The translations under genes and the position numbers were made by a program. DNA of 64,000 nucleotides from a virus (taxonomy: Duplodnaviria; Caudoviricetes), in IMG/VR virus record IMGVR_UViG_3300014204_000112, positions 149,923-213,922 of that record; one strand, 5' to 3'. Below the pieces are notes generated by a model, which saw nothing but the letters and a program-made list of their open reading frames with translations, ran no database searches and had not been told where the DNA came from. Shown piece after piece: positions 16,908 through 27,693 of this stretch (positions are counted from its first letter, which is position 1; each line of letters opens with the position of its first letter).

Positions 16908-17375
16908 TTGGTTTCGTATTTGTTATTTTACTCTTTCTTTTACTTCGACCGATACTGTGAATCCGCTCGGTTCCTTTTTAATGTGTAGGGTCATTTCGGA
17001 AAAATCTCGTACCCACATGACGTCTTCCACTATGTCCTGCAAATCGTCACCACATAATCCTGGGTGAACGACTCCTGGCTGGTATGGGTCATGCTCGAGT
17101 TTCTCTACAAATTCGTTAGCTGTCCGGATTAATTCTTCCTTTTCGGCTTTGCTCCTCATTTCTGATCCTTTTTCTGACATTGACATATTATACTTCGTTT
17201 TGTATTCCATCGTCCTCCTCATCATCAACTTCTATCTCTTCAGTCTCGTCAATGGTCGGAAGAATGTCTCGGATGCTAGCAGCACCTTCGTAATTTTCGC
17301 TGGCAAGGTTGTCCTTCAACAGGGACTCATAGAGAGCTTTCTTATTGATTTTGACGATTGCCATAGTCTTATCTT

Positions 17376-18926
17376 TTACTCGACAGGTGGAACGGGTTTT
17401 CTTTTTCTTGCGTATATCATTCCAATCAAGTCAGTATTTTCATCGCCGGCAATCCAATCGGGGTTATTCTTTACCCATTCGAAACCGGTTCTTTCCAGTT
17501 TTGCAAGGATGGGTTTTAGTTCCGGGCCGTTGTTGAAATGGTATTCCAGTATGATCCTAGGAATGGTAGCTAGGAAATCGTCCGGTATGTTTTCCATGAT
17601 CTTGTATTCCTCTCCCTCGCAATCGACCTTCAGTAAGTCAATGTGATCGAGCTTTGCCGTATTGCGAATGAAATCGTAAAAGTCTATGCACGGAACCGTG
17701 TACTCTTGGATTCCCATTCCTGCAGGTTTGCAAAGGGTGCTTGAATCTAGAGAACCTAGCGTACTGTAGAACGTAACTTCTCCGTAATGATCGGATACTG
17801 CAACGTTATACAATGTAACTTTGTCCTTATCGGGATAAATGTCATGGATCTTTCCGTACAATTCATGATCCGGTTCGAATGCTACGATCTTGCTGGCTCC
17901 CTTGTTCAGAGCACGCAATGAAAAGATTCCGAAGTTGAAACCGACATCGACTACTACGTCTCCTGGTAGAACATCAACGTAATCGGAATTCTCGTGAATC
18001 ACGAGATGCTCAGCAATAACGCCAATCAATCCCAACCTTCTTTCGTAACGACTTTCCCTATCGGCAATCTTTTTTAGGTAACCTTCACGATCCATCGGAG
18101 CAAGGTCAAACTCTCCGTCGAGAATTTTACTGTCGTAAACTTCCTGAGTTTCTCTGTCGACTACTGAGAACGTTCTGTTCCTCCAAGGTAACGGCTGTTC
18201 CGACCAGTATGTTACATCGGGAGGAATGTCAAGCGGATAAATGTACTGAGTTATGCCAGTGTAAGGCTCGACGAACTTTACTTCGACCTGTTTCGTGGTG
18301 CTCGTCACATTCGTGAAATGAACCTTTCGGTTTCCATTCTCAACTGCAACGATTTCGAATTTCTTAACGTTGTCCATGTCAGCGAGAGCCTTTTCGACGA
18401 ACTCTTCTAGCTTATTGCTCCACATGAGGTCAGACCATTCAGCAATTCTCTGAGCTGACCAATCCCACCATCTTATTTTCAATAACTTTTCGACGATGTC
18501 CGAGTTGAACCTGGTGTACAGAAATTCAGCCGGAACTCCGCCGACAACCGTGTAAGGTTTGACATTCTTCGTGACGATTGACCTGGCAGCAATTACTGCT
18601 CCGTCTCCAATTTTTACTCCAGGCATTATCATAGATTGAGTTCCTATCCAAACATCATTTCCGATGATGATGTCACCGCCTTTATTGTGGCCGAGAACAT
18701 GATTTAAGTATTCATCAAGCTCAGGAGTAACAGGCCCCCTAAGCATAGTTGAGGTGGTGACCCAATCGGGTCGGTGGTTTGCATTCAATATGAACGTACA
18801 ATCCCTAGCGATAGAACAGTACCTACCGACCTTTACTTTTGAATCATTTGTCCATGATATGATGTTGACACCCCTATCGTAATACGTACCGCGTCCGGTT
18901 TCCATTAAGTGTAAGTTCTCTGACAT
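17376..18926 (-). CDS. Hexapeptide (CatB/Vat-like) O-acetyltransferase fused to FkbM methyltransferase
   Basis: IIGNDVWIG...GAVIAA...VGGVPA...IRWWDW; VDVGFNFG...FEP...LLKVDCEGEE. Confidence 0.88.
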   Translation of the reverse strand: MSENLHLMETGRGTYYDRGVNIISWTNDSKVKVGRYCSIARDCTFILNANHRPDWVTTSTMLRGPVTPELDEYLNHVLGHNKGGDIIIGNDVWIGTQSMIMPGVKIGDGAVIAARSIVTKNVKPYTVVGGVPAEFLYTRFNSDIVEKLLKIRWWDWSAQRIAEWSDLMWSNKLEEFVEKALADMDNVKKFEIVAVENGNRKVHFTNVTSTTKQVEVKFVEPYTGITQYIYPLDIPPDVTYWSEQPLPWRNRTFSVVDRETQEVYDSKILDGEFDLAPMDREGYLKKIADRESRYERRLGLIGVIAEHLVIHENSDYVDVLPGDVVVDVGFNFGIFSLRALNKGASKIVAFEPDHELYGKIHDIYPDKDKVTLYNVAVSDHYGEVTFYSTLGSLDSSTLCKPAGMGIQEYTVPCIDFYDFIRNTAKLDHIDLLKVDCEGEEYKIMENIPDDFLATIPRIILEYHFNNGPELKPILAKLERTGFEWVKNNPDWIAGDENTDLIGMIYARKRKPVPPVE

Positions 18927-19877
18927 TTACAATAATTTTTTTTTCCAAAAGTCTACAAAATCGTCAACTGTACGATCGTTTAACTTTTCCATTTCTTTAA
19001 GGTGATTAGTGGCAAAAGGCAAGGTTGCTTCTGCCCATGAAATATCATTCCAACCATAGGCTATCCCACATGATTGCAATGGATTTAGCATTCGAAACTC
19101 AGTAGGAGTCACTAATCGATTGTCCAAATCGGTGCTAGCGTTTCTTGCAAATTCGTATGATCTTCCTGGATTAAGTAGAACAGTAGTGCATCCGCAAAGC
19201 ACAGCAGCAATAGAGTAATAGCTCGCGTGATCGTAGCTGAGCATGTACTTATACTGATTTAATTTTTCTCTTAGGTATTCGTATCCTCCACGTTCTTTCC
19301 AATCAGTCAAATCGTATGATCCTAATTTTTCGAATACCAAATCGCCAGTCGGCGGAATATTTTTATGGCGTATGTGGCATATCCCATCTCTTCTTCCAAA
19401 ATTAGTCAAGAATAGTTCGTCAAATTTGTAATCAAGAACAGTTAACTTTCGATCCTTTACTTCTCTGTACGTTTTGAAATTAGAGTAATTGAAGTATTCG
19501 TCTGTTTCGTCATACTGTTTTTCTATATCAGCTTCAGTATGGTATAGGATCCATCTAGCTACATGTTTCGTTCCAAATGGATTGCCCCTAGTGATTTGCG
19601 GGTATATCGAAATGGTGTTTGATATTGGATACTCGAAATTATCCCAAACGAAATACTCCATGAACCCTTCGGATTTCACAATTTCTCCTGGTATTCTGAC
19701 CAAGTTTTCATGAGGTTTTGGCGGATCAGCAACGACGCAAGTCTTATAACCACGTTCAGCTAATTTATAAGCAAGTTCATGCATAGCTACTATTGCTCCA
19801 GTCATTTTCTGTTGCAATGAAGAATGCACTCCAATTATAAAATTAGGGTTGACGCTTGAAAAATCGATTTTTTCCAA
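18927..19877 (-). CDS. WavQ-like putative glycosyltransferase
   Basis: IYPQI..GNP...RWIL, SYD..SY...AVLCGC. Confidence 0.6.
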   Translation of the reverse strand: MEKIDFSSVNPNFIIGVHSSLQQKMTGAIVAMHELAYKLAERGYKTCVVADPPKPHENLVRIPGEIVKSEGFMEYFVWDNFEYPISNTISIYPQITRGNPFGTKHVARWILYHTEADIEKQYDETDEYFNYSNFKTYREVKDRKLTVLDYKFDELFLTNFGRRDGICHIRHKNIPPTGDLVFEKLGSYDLTDWKERGGYEYLREKLNQYKYMLSYDHASYYSIAAVLCGCTTVLLNPGRSYEFARNASTDLDNRLVTPTEFRMLNPLQSCGIAYGWNDISWAEATLPFATNHLKEMEKLNDRTVDDFVDFWKKKLL

Positions 19878-19891
19878 ATTAAGCTATTTTT

Positions 19892-20533
19892 TTAATCTCG
19901 GTTCGCTTTCGTGTAGATTTCGAATTTCGAAAGATCAGGATACGGCAATTCCAAATCATCATTGTGTTTCTTGGTGCCGTCTATGTTATAGAACTGCTGA
20001 ATCAGCAGTAACCCACGCGTTGCAATTTCTGGCATCATGTAAAAGTTCCATCCGAGCATGTCAAAATAATCATCGTGGTACGAGCATTCCCTACGACCTG
20101 AAAACCTTGCTCTCTTGAACCAATTGTAGGCTTCAAAATTATCAGTTAGGATCGCCCCTCCCTTAGAGAGTTTCAAATGCTTGTACGGACCGGTGAACGA
20201 TACGCACATGTGAGTCTCTGGTTCGTACATGTCTGCCGTGAATCGAAGCGCAGAATCTATGACAATAGTAGGAAATAGTCGGTAAGCCCCCTTAATGGTT
20301 TTTCCTTTCACTTCTCTGAAATTAACTTTCGCTCCAGCATGAATGATCTCACATGGAACAGATGGATAGGTTCTGGCAGGAATCGTTATTTCCATTCCTT
20401 TCACTCCTTCATGCATCAGAGCTAAGAACAGAGCGTTCGACATGTTATCGACTGCAACAGCGTATGGTGCTCCAGTATAATCACACAAGGCTTTTTCAAA
20501 TTCTTCTGTTACTTTATAGACTCCATTTGCCAT
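19892..20533 (-). CDS. Short DegT/DnrJ-family PLP aminotransferase
   Basis: FEKAL...AVAV...ALFLAL, SF..YKHL...GGAILTD, GWNFYM. Confidence 0.88.
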   Translation of the reverse strand: MANGVYKVTEEFEKALCDYTGAPYAVAVDNMSNALFLALMHEGVKGMEITIPARTYPSVPCEIIHAGAKVNFREVKGKTIKGAYRLFPTIVIDSALRFTADMYEPETHMCVSFTGPYKHLKLSKGGAILTDNFEAYNWFKRARFSGRRECSYHDDYFDMLGWNFYMMPEIATRGLLLIQQFYNIDGTKKHNDDLELPYPDLSKFEIYTKANRD

Positions 20534-21381
20534 GGTATGTAGTTATTTTTTATCATGACAGCATTTTCGCCATCATTGAACAGTCGATACTCATGTTCCT
20601 GAGCCCAGTCTAAAATTTCGTAGTATTGAGGTTGTTTGATATGCATTACTTCGAATATTATGAGAGTAGGTTCAGTCTTCAGAGCCAAAATCAAATCACC
20701 GTCTATTCCCTCGACATCAAGGTGCAACCAATCCAATTTACCGTTGAATTCCTTTTCTATCAAATCATTGATTGCTGTGCTAGTGCGATGAGTTTGTTTG
20801 ATCTTATCATCTGTTAGGAATATGTTGATGACCGGCTTGTAGATCGTGTCAGTAAAACCTTCTCCCCCTTCGAACCATTCAACTTCTTCTCCATCAGTGG
20901 TGATGATGTCATGAATGAATTTGACGAAAGGAAGGTGACCGTAATTTCGAACTACTACTTCGCACTGGGCTTTGCTTCCATCCACTAGGACTGCATCCGT
21001 CATTCCGAGAATTACTGGATAGGTCCAGTGTCCGAATGTTCCGTCATGACAGCCTATAACCAAACCCTTTGGTTTATGATTCAAGCTACGCAGGAAATGC
21101 CACATCAATTTTTCGATGGAATCTCCGTGCTGTGGTACTGAGTACTTGTGTTCGAATACGGTCTTTCCACTTGGAGTGGTAAGAACAACATCGTATGGAG
21201 TTTCAGCGCCTCCCCATGAAACCCAAGTTCCAGGAGATAGTGGAGAGCTCCAAACTTCTTCGCCAGTTATCGACTTTTTGAAACGTGCAGTTAATGGAAG
21301 ATCACTCGGCTGAAATATGGTGAACTTATCTAAAGTCACTACCGTTTTATTTTCGCTGCGACTGTAATCTACTTTTATCAT
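20509..21381 (-). CDS. FkbM-like methyltransferase
   Basis: VIGCHDG, DWLHLDVEGID...IIFE. Confidence 0.75.
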   Translation of the reverse strand: MIKVDYSRSENKTVVTLDKFTIFQPSDLPLTARFKKSITGEEVWSSPLSPGTWVSWGGAETPYDVVLTTPSGKTVFEHKYSVPQHGDSIEKLMWHFLRSLNHKPKGLVIGCHDGTFGHWTYPVILGMTDAVLVDGSKAQCEVVVRNYGHLPFVKFIHDIITTDGEEVEWFEGGEGFTDTIYKPVINIFLTDDKIKQTHRTSTAINDLIEKEFNGKLDWLHLDVEGIDGDLILALKTEPTLIIFEVMHIKQPQYYEILDWAQEHEYRLFNDGENAVMIKNNYIPWQMESIK

Positions 21382-22064
21382 CCATGTTCGATTATTTTGT
21401 TACTGATTGGATCCCATTCGATCGTTCTTGGTTTGTACTCATACTCGTACCTCTCGTTCAATACGGAAGCATTGATGAAATGGGTGTGACCATCGAAATG
21501 ATAGCCGTTTCCACTGTGAATGTGACCAAACACATGGATCTTAGGCCTGAATGCAGTTATCCTGCGTATTAGAACTTCGCAACCTAACTTATCGCTCCAT
21601 CCTAAGATATTGTCAAGGATTCCATTTGGTGGACCATGCGTTATGAGAATGTCAGTATCGTCTGGAATAGCATCCCAAACTTTCTGAATTTCCCAACCTT
21701 CTCTCGGGAGGTTGAATGCCCAATGACAAAATTCTGGTTGCCATGGACTACCGTAGATTTTTATCTCTGGGTCCATACCAATGGTCGTGTGATCATCTTG
21801 CAAGTAATTGATCCACTTGTACGAATTGACTATCTGAGCAGCATCGTTCCTCCTATTTTCGAAAAGGAAGTCATGATTACCTGCAATGAAAATCTTACGA
21901 TCGTAATTGTCGATCTTATCGAACCACTTACAGAAGGCTTCCACTTCATGTGGGTACCCTCTAGAACTCAAATCACCAGCGTGAATCAGAACGTTTCCGC
22001 CCGGAAGGTCGACCATTATCTGATTGTGCTTGTTGTGTGTATCTGAAATGAATGAAATGCGCAT
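21378..22064 (-). CDS. Metallophosphoesterase (MPPED-like)
   Basis: ISDTH, HAGD, AGNHD, THGPP, FGHIH. Confidence 0.92.
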   Translation of the reverse strand: MRISFISDTHNKHNQIMVDLPGGNVLIHAGDLSSRGYPHEVEAFCKWFDKIDNYDRKIFIAGNHDFLFENRRNDAAQIVNSYKWINYLQDDHTTIGMDPEIKIYGSPWQPEFCHWAFNLPREGWEIQKVWDAIPDDTDILITHGPPNGILDNILGWSDKLGCEVLIRRITAFRPKIHVFGHIHSGNGYHFDGHTHFINASVLNERYEYEYKPRTIEWDPISNKIIEHG

Positions 22065-22066
22065 AA

Positions 22067-22153
22067 TTATGTTTTTTGTTTGCAATTATTAAAATGCCAT
22101 CGATACATGGTCGTACCACCAACTTGCCCGCAGTGCGGACACGTTATTCTCAT
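22067..22153 (-). CDS. 28-aa Zn-finger mini-ORF, homing-endonuclease C-terminal remnant
   Basis: MRITCPHCGQVGGTTMYRWHFNNCKQKT; ATGA overlap with upstream stop. Confidence 0.55.
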   Translation of the reverse strand: MRITCPHCGQVGGTTMYRWHFNNCKQKT

Positions 22154-22419
22154 GATCCTGGTAAAATTATTGGTTCTGCTGGTTTTGGTTCTTCGATTTC
22201 ACGAAGCTTGAATTGCTTGTTCATATGATGACACTTAGAACAAGCATACGCTGGAATCGGTACGAGTTGGTCCTCTGGCGAACCGGTCAATAACTTAGAG
22301 ACCTTTCTCAAATAGAGAACTTCGATGAATGTATCGTTTCCACATTCGTCGCATGTTAGGGCAGTCGTGTTATTGAGCCCAATGCGAATTTGCTGATTTG
22401 GAATATTTCCTCCTGGCAT
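22150..22419 (-). CDS. Small Zn-ribbon protein
   Basis: CDECG...CSKCH. Confidence 0.75.
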   Translation of the reverse strand: MPGGNIPNQQIRIGLNNTTALTCDECGNDTFIEVLYLRKVSKLLTGSPEDQLVPIPAYACSKCHHMNKQFKLREIEEPKPAEPIILPGS

Positions 22420-22523
22420 AATTCTATCTTTTTGATTTTTTTACTACACGGTGACGATTAGTTTAGTTACTCACACAAAAAAAGGGGCAAATTGCCCCTT
22501 TGTAATCAAGCATTCGAACTCAA

Positions 22524-22718
22524 TTATTTGCTTACTGGCTTTGCTGAATCATCTGTCGGTACAACAAGTGTTGAATCTGAGATCTGTAGAGCTGCGATGG
22601 AGTCAGCTGTTGCAATTGAGTCGGCAATACGCTTTTCTTCAACTTCCTTCGCTGACGGTCCACACGATACTACAAATAACGCTGCTACAATTGCGAGCAT
22701 TCCAAAAAATTTCTTCAT
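22524..22718 (-). CDS. Small lipoprotein
   Basis: Signal peptide ending VVSC; late box at about 22744. Confidence 0.75.
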   Translation of the reverse strand: MKKFFGMLAIVAALFVVSCGPSAKEVEEKRIADSIATADSIAALQISDSTLVVPTDDSAKPVSK

Positions 22719-22911
22719 TTGTTTATCTTGTTTTTTTCTGTTTTATTTATACACGATATATTCGTGCGGTTTTTAACATTTTTTAACATTTAGCGAATTT
22801 CACATGTATTACGGTCTGACTATTTTAACTTTATATCCAGCATATTTTAGTTTGACTCGTTTTGCTGAACCGATTGTTATTTCAGTTATGCCATTCACTA
22901 AATCTTTCAAA

Positions 22912-24774
22912 TTATAATGAAGTTATAGTACATGCATTTCCTGCGCAAGCTAATTCGCCCTTAAGGTCAGTACAATCTTCCAATTCAATTACTTGCGATA
23001 GATCTACCTTCGTTAAATGCGCCATCATTTCTTCGTACGCTTCTATTGTACAATCCTCGAACGGTGGCTGTACGTACGATCCACCATCGTATGGAAGGAC
23101 TGCAAGGCCGTTGTAGAACTTACGGTTTTCCCACATCCATTCTCCAACTTCGTCCCATTCACCATCCCTTACAGACACGGTTGCCGAGATGTTGTGAGTG
23201 TTCTGTCCAGTCCTGTGACCTGGTTTTATCCAGCTTACGTAGAACTGTTTCACCCTTTCGAGCAATTCAATTGCAGTTTCGTACCTGAACATGGATCCCT
23301 CTGGGGCGCGTTGTGGTACCTTGATGATGGCAGTATCAAGCGGACGGAAAAGATCATTCTCGAGCAATTCTGGGTGATGGATCGATAGATGAGTGTAGAT
23401 AGATTCATTCTTACCTACCCTTATCCTACGGATGTAGTGGTCATTGTGCCATGCATGAATTCCAGAAGAAGTTCCGAGTACCAAGCTCGAAGTTCCACTT
23501 GGTTTGATGGTGGTGCACCTAGCTGCTGAATTGATACCGATAGCCATTGCGACTCGTTCGTTTTCTTTCTTCACCGCGTCTGCTGCTTCCTTCAGGTTGT
23601 ACTTCTGTGCTGCTCCCGATCCGATGCCTGTCATTCCTACTCCAATGAGAGCTTCGCGTTCCGTTGTCTTCTGCCAGTTAGAACGAAGGTAATGGAAGTT
23701 GGTGTAACCTGCTTGAAGGGTTCCAATGAAGGATGCTGCTTTTACCCTGCGATTGAGGTCTTCCTGTGACTCTATGTCAGATGCATTCACCTCACAAAGG
23801 TTGCAGAATTGAAAAGGTCTCAGCGAAATTTCGCAGCACGGATTAGTTCCCCAGTCCTTGTCATTGCTGAAATAGATTCCAGGTTCTCCTGCTCCAGAAG
23901 CTTTGATCTTGTTCCAAAGTTCCAAGAAGAATTCCTTCTCGATTTTGTTCCTCAACAGCACAGCAGAGTTGTTAGCTCTTCCGCGTTGAGGGTTCAGTTC
24001 CCACCACATTCCTGACTTACATGAAATCATTTCGTTATCGTCTGCACTGAACAGACTAATAAGAGCAGCCCTACGAATTCCGCCTGCGAGAACTGCATCG
24101 GCAATGTGACATACAAGATCGTGAACTTCGATAGGTTTCAGCTTCTCGTTATTTTCTTTCTGTGAAAGCAGACCTTCCATTTTAAGGAGGCACTCCTTAA
24201 GAGGTTGAGGGCCTGGTGCTTTACCTCCGGACGTTACAAGTTTGGCTCCCTTTTGCCGAATGTCCCTGAAATCGAAATCGATTGCTGACCCGCCAGTAAA
24301 GTAAGATTTGACAAGAACTTTGACTGCGTCCGCCCAACCTTCGATGCTATCGCCAATTAGGAATCTCTTCCTGCGATTGGGATTTGGCTTCTTTATTTCC
24401 GGTAAGTTCTCGACATGATGTTTCTGAACGCTGAATCCAACTCCAGTTCCGCCTAGTAGCAGGAACATAATTTCGCCGAATGCTCTCCAATCATCGATCG
24501 GTAAGTACGCGCAATTGTAAATTCTGTTGGGCGATATTTCGATAGGCTTTCCTCCAAACTGCAACGATCTCATTGACGGTAGAACCTTTCTTTCGTAAAC
24601 GAGCTCATAGTTACTTCGGATCTCTTCTTCTAACTCGGGATATTTTTTAATGTGCATGTTCATGTTTCGCGTCACCAGTTCGTTCCATGTTTCTCGTCTT
24701 TGTAGTTCGTTCGAGTACCTTGCGTACTTCATGTAAACGGTGATGTCGCTCAAAATTTGGTTTGATAGTTCCAT
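22912..24774 (-). CDS. nrdJ: Class II (B12-dependent) ribonucleotide reductase
   Basis: YNC, GTNPCCEI, CNL.E, TIKPSGT, C-terminal CAGNAC. Confidence 0.92.
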   Translation of the reverse strand: MELSNQILSDITVYMKYARYSNELQRRETWNELVTRNMNMHIKKYPELEEEIRSNYELVYERKVLPSMRSLQFGGKPIEISPNRIYNCAYLPIDDWRAFGEIMFLLLGGTGVGFSVQKHHVENLPEIKKPNPNRRKRFLIGDSIEGWADAVKVLVKSYFTGGSAIDFDFRDIRQKGAKLVTSGGKAPGPQPLKECLLKMEGLLSQKENNEKLKPIEVHDLVCHIADAVLAGGIRRAALISLFSADDNEMISCKSGMWWELNPQRGRANNSAVLLRNKIEKEFFLELWNKIKASGAGEPGIYFSNDKDWGTNPCCEISLRPFQFCNLCEVNASDIESQEDLNRRVKAASFIGTLQAGYTNFHYLRSNWQKTTEREALIGVGMTGIGSGAAQKYNLKEAADAVKKENERVAMAIGINSAARCTTIKPSGTSSLVLGTSSGIHAWHNDHYIRRIRVGKNESIYTHLSIHHPELLENDLFRPLDTAIIKVPQRAPEGSMFRYETAIELLERVKQFYVSWIKPGHRTGQNTHNISATVSVRDGEWDEVGEWMWENRKFYNGLAVLPYDGGSYVQPPFEDCTIEAYEEMMAHLTKVDLSQVIELEDCTDLKGELACAGNACTITSL

Positions 24775-25093
24775 ACTTGTTACTGTCGTTTTTTTAAGTT
24801 CTTTGTGTCAATTAGTTAAGAAGAAGCCTCTCTAATTTGAATACTTTTGCAATCGGTGCTCTGTTCGACCGGTGATAACATGAGCTGGACAGAAGATCAC
24901 TTTCTGTGATCCTGTCACGTTACGTACTTAAACTCTCTAAACTGGATTTGATCTGGGGATGGCCTCGTATATGAAGCTGGGGTTATTATTCTGGTTAGAT
25001 CAATCATGTTAGTAAAAATGGAAAGGTTTCAGTCTTATTTATACTGACGATGCTACCGTTTGGTTTGAAATAAATAACAAAAAATCGAAAAAT

Positions 25094-25759
25094 ATGAAGC
25101 CGATTACTCAATATTCATTTCATGCTGACCAGTATTTCCAGGAAGAAACTACAAAGAAACAAATTTACCTCCACCACACTGCTGGAAACCCTGATCCGTT
25201 CGCAACTTTCGACTGGTGGGCAAGCAATTCAGACAGGATCGCCACCTGCATAGTCATTGGTGGAAGGCCTACCTCTTCTAACAAATGGATCGACGGCCAG
25301 ATCGTTCAAGGATACTCATCTAAATTCTGGGCATTCCACCTAGGTCTTAAACAAGCAGTGTTCGATTCACAGAACGTTCCGTATCAAAAACTTGACAAGA
25401 TCAGCATAGGGGTAGAGACCTGTAATTGGGGACAATTGACATTAGCACCAGATAGATCCTTCAAGAATTACGTCAATCGTACAGTTCCAGAAAACGAAGT
25501 ATGCGAGCTCGACAAACCGTTCAAGGGCTTCAAATATTATCATGCATACACGGACGCACAGATCGAGAGCATTTACGAACTGCTTATTTTCTGGGGACAG
25601 AGGTTCGGAATTCCAGTAGCTTACAATCCTGACATTTGGAACGTTTCAGAAAGAGCATTACGTGGAGAACCTGGAGTCTACACACACAATTCAGTAAGAA
25701 CAGATAAGAACGACATGTCTCCTCAGCCTAAGCTAGTCAACATGCTAAAATCACTCTAA
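25094..25759 (+). CDS. N-acetylmuramoyl-L-alanine amidase (probable endolysin)
   Basis: YLHHTAG, AFH, SIGVE, TH...DK.D. Confidence 0.88.
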   Translation: MKPITQYSFHADQYFQEETTKKQIYLHHTAGNPDPFATFDWWASNSDRIATCIVIGGRPTSSNKWIDGQIVQGYSSKFWAFHLGLKQAVFDSQNVPYQKLDKISIGVETCNWGQLTLAPDRSFKNYVNRTVPENEVCELDKPFKGFKYYHAYTDAQIESIYELLIFWGQRFGIPVAYNPDIWNVSERALRGEPGVYTHNSVRTDKNDMSPQPKLVNMLKSL

Positions 25760-25762
25760 CTT

Positions 25763-26761
25763 ATGTTCAATCCAATCTCAGATACCTATCGATATTTCGA
25801 TCAAAAAGTTAAGATGCTGTTCGAAAAGCCAGAACCTTGGGAAACTAATCCTGGACGCGGCGAACCTGATGCTCTACTTAGAACTGCTAGAGCTTATATC
25901 GCTTATAAACAGCCAGTACTAAAGGAAGGAATCTTAAGCTGTTACAAGAAGGAAAGTGACGGACATTATCAAGCTTATCGTTGCGCTCCGGATATTGGAG
26001 CAGAAGACGTTAGTCGAGATCAAACTACTGGTTCATTAGCCGCCCTATTCATAAATGGAGACAAAACAGAATTCGAAGAAATCGGTCCAAAGCTAAGATT
26101 TCGGCTCAGCAAGCGGTTCTTACAGGGACCCGGAATGTGGTTATGGCTCAGGCAATGGTGGGTAGCTTACGGAATAATTGAGTTCTTCTCTATCGTATTC
26201 GGAATAATGTGGAATAAGGTTTTGTATCGTTTGCTAGATCGTACTAAAGTTTATTCGGAAGAAGAGTACTTAGCTAAGGACCCAAATACTGGAGTCTGGT
26301 TTAAGGAAAATGGAACATGGAAGTACATAGAGAATGCTTACTGGGCAACCAACGGAAACAAACTGTACTCAGAATACAAAAAGAAACTCGATGAGAACAA
26401 ATTTTATAAGTTCTTGGACATGACAGAGTACATGACGTACGGAGCATTCCTAACAGTAATGATGGTCTACTGCATGCCACAAAGCATTTTCAGAAGGCTT
26501 CTTGTGAAATTGTTAAAATGGAATTTCAAGGGCGAGAACAACTTGCTTCTTAGGGCAATGTTCGATAAGGATGTTACTAAGGAAGAGATCGATGCATTGA
26601 AACCAATGAAGGGATTCAGATGGACCTCCAGGTTCGATAAATCTTCGTACTTCGATTACCTCGAAGGGGACGATGCTAAGTACAACAACTTAGACAAGGA
26701 CATTCTTTATGGGATAATGGGATACTCTGCTCCGGAAGCTGTGACTTTGCCTGCGACTTAA
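25763..26761 (+). CDS. Hypothetical protein co-transcribed with amidase
   Basis: 332-aa ORF 3 bp downstream. Confidence 0.7.
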   Translation: MFNPISDTYRYFDQKVKMLFEKPEPWETNPGRGEPDALLRTARAYIAYKQPVLKEGILSCYKKESDGHYQAYRCAPDIGAEDVSRDQTTGSLAALFINGDKTEFEEIGPKLRFRLSKRFLQGPGMWLWLRQWWVAYGIIEFFSIVFGIMWNKVLYRLLDRTKVYSEEEYLAKDPNTGVWFKENGTWKYIENAYWATNGNKLYSEYKKKLDENKFYKFLDMTEYMTYGAFLTVMMVYCMPQSIFRRLLVKLLKWNFKGENNLLLRAMFDKDVTKEEIDALKPMKGFRWTSRFDKSSYFDYLEGDDAKYNNLDKDILYGIMGYSAPEAVTLPAT

Positions 26762-27693
26762 ACTTTTTCGAGATGCTCGTCCATTGAACTCTTATTGACG
26801 ATGGCATCGATTGCTGCCGCTAAGGCATGCGCACAACTAATTACTTTTATCTTTGGAGTTTCCACTTGTTCGATGGAATCCGTAATGACGAGCTGATCCA
26901 AAAATTGGCTCGTCGTTATTTTCTCACGGCCGTTTCCTGACAGAACTCCGTGCGAGATAAGGGCAGTAACCTTTTTAGCTCCTCCTTCCTTCAGCAGTTC
27001 TGCAGCTTTGATCAACGTTCCTCCCGTGTCTACCATGTCGTCGAGAAGAAGAACGTGCTTTCCAGTAACTTCTCCAATGAGGTCCATTCTCTCGATCGCA
27101 TTTGGTCTGGTCCTTAATTTCGACATCATTGCGAATGTGGTATCCGGGAACTTGCGAAGGAATTTCTGGTAGAACCGCATGGCTCGCTTCACTCCACCTG
27201 CATCAGGCGAACATACACAGTACTCATCGTCCTGCAATTTCTTGCTGAATCGACTGAACGCAACGCTTCCAGGAATCATGTTGACCGGTATGTTGAAAAA
27301 TCCCTGAATCTGTTCGGAGTGAAGATCGATGGAGATCACCTTGGTCGCACCCGCCGCTTCGAATAGTGTAGCCATAAGCTTTGCACCAATCGCACCCCTA
27401 GATCCCTCTTTTCTGTCCTGTCGTGAATACCCAAGGTAAGGCATCACTATGATAATTTCGCTGGCAGAAGCAAGCTTTGCAGCTTGAATTGTCAGGATCA
27501 TTGTGAGTATTTTTTCCGGTGAAGTTGTGCTTCCGATTAGGAAGACTTTTTTCTCGCGAACGGTTTCAAGGAACTGAGGACTAAGTTCTCCATCGGAAAA
27601 CCTATCCACCTTAAACCGACCAAGCTCGGTACCGAGCTCGTCTGCGATCTTCTGTGCGAGTGAAGATCCATCAACTGAAAAGATCCTATACAT
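26758..27693 (-). CDS. prs: Ribose-phosphate pyrophosphokinase (canonical type)
   Basis: FSDGE, PYLGYSRQDR, DLHSEQIQGFF, SPDAGG, DDMVDTGGT. Confidence 0.93.
   Translation of the reverse strand: MYRIFSVDGSSLAQKIADELGTELGRFKVDRFSDGELSPQFLETVREKKVFLIGSTTSPEKILTMILTIQAAKLASASEIIIVMPYLGYSRQDRKEGSRGAIGAKLMATLFEAAGATKVISIDLHSEQIQGFFNIPVNMIPGSVAFSRFSKKLQDDEYCVCSPDAGGVKRAMRFYQKFLRKFPDTTFAMMSKLRTRPNAIERMDLIGEVTGKHVLLLDDMVDTGGTLIKAAELLKEGGAKKVTALISHGVLSGNGREKITTSQFLDQLVITDSIEQVETPKIKVISCAHALAAAIDAIVNKSSMDEHLEKV

Noticed and set aside
18350-18926. Antibiotic resistance gene (catB/vat)
   Set aside because: Fused to FkbM within a glycan cluster; sugar O-acetylation is more plausible
24780-25040. Cobalamin riboswitch upstream of nrdJ
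   Set aside because: A hairpin is present at about 24887-24917, but no B12-box consensus was recognised
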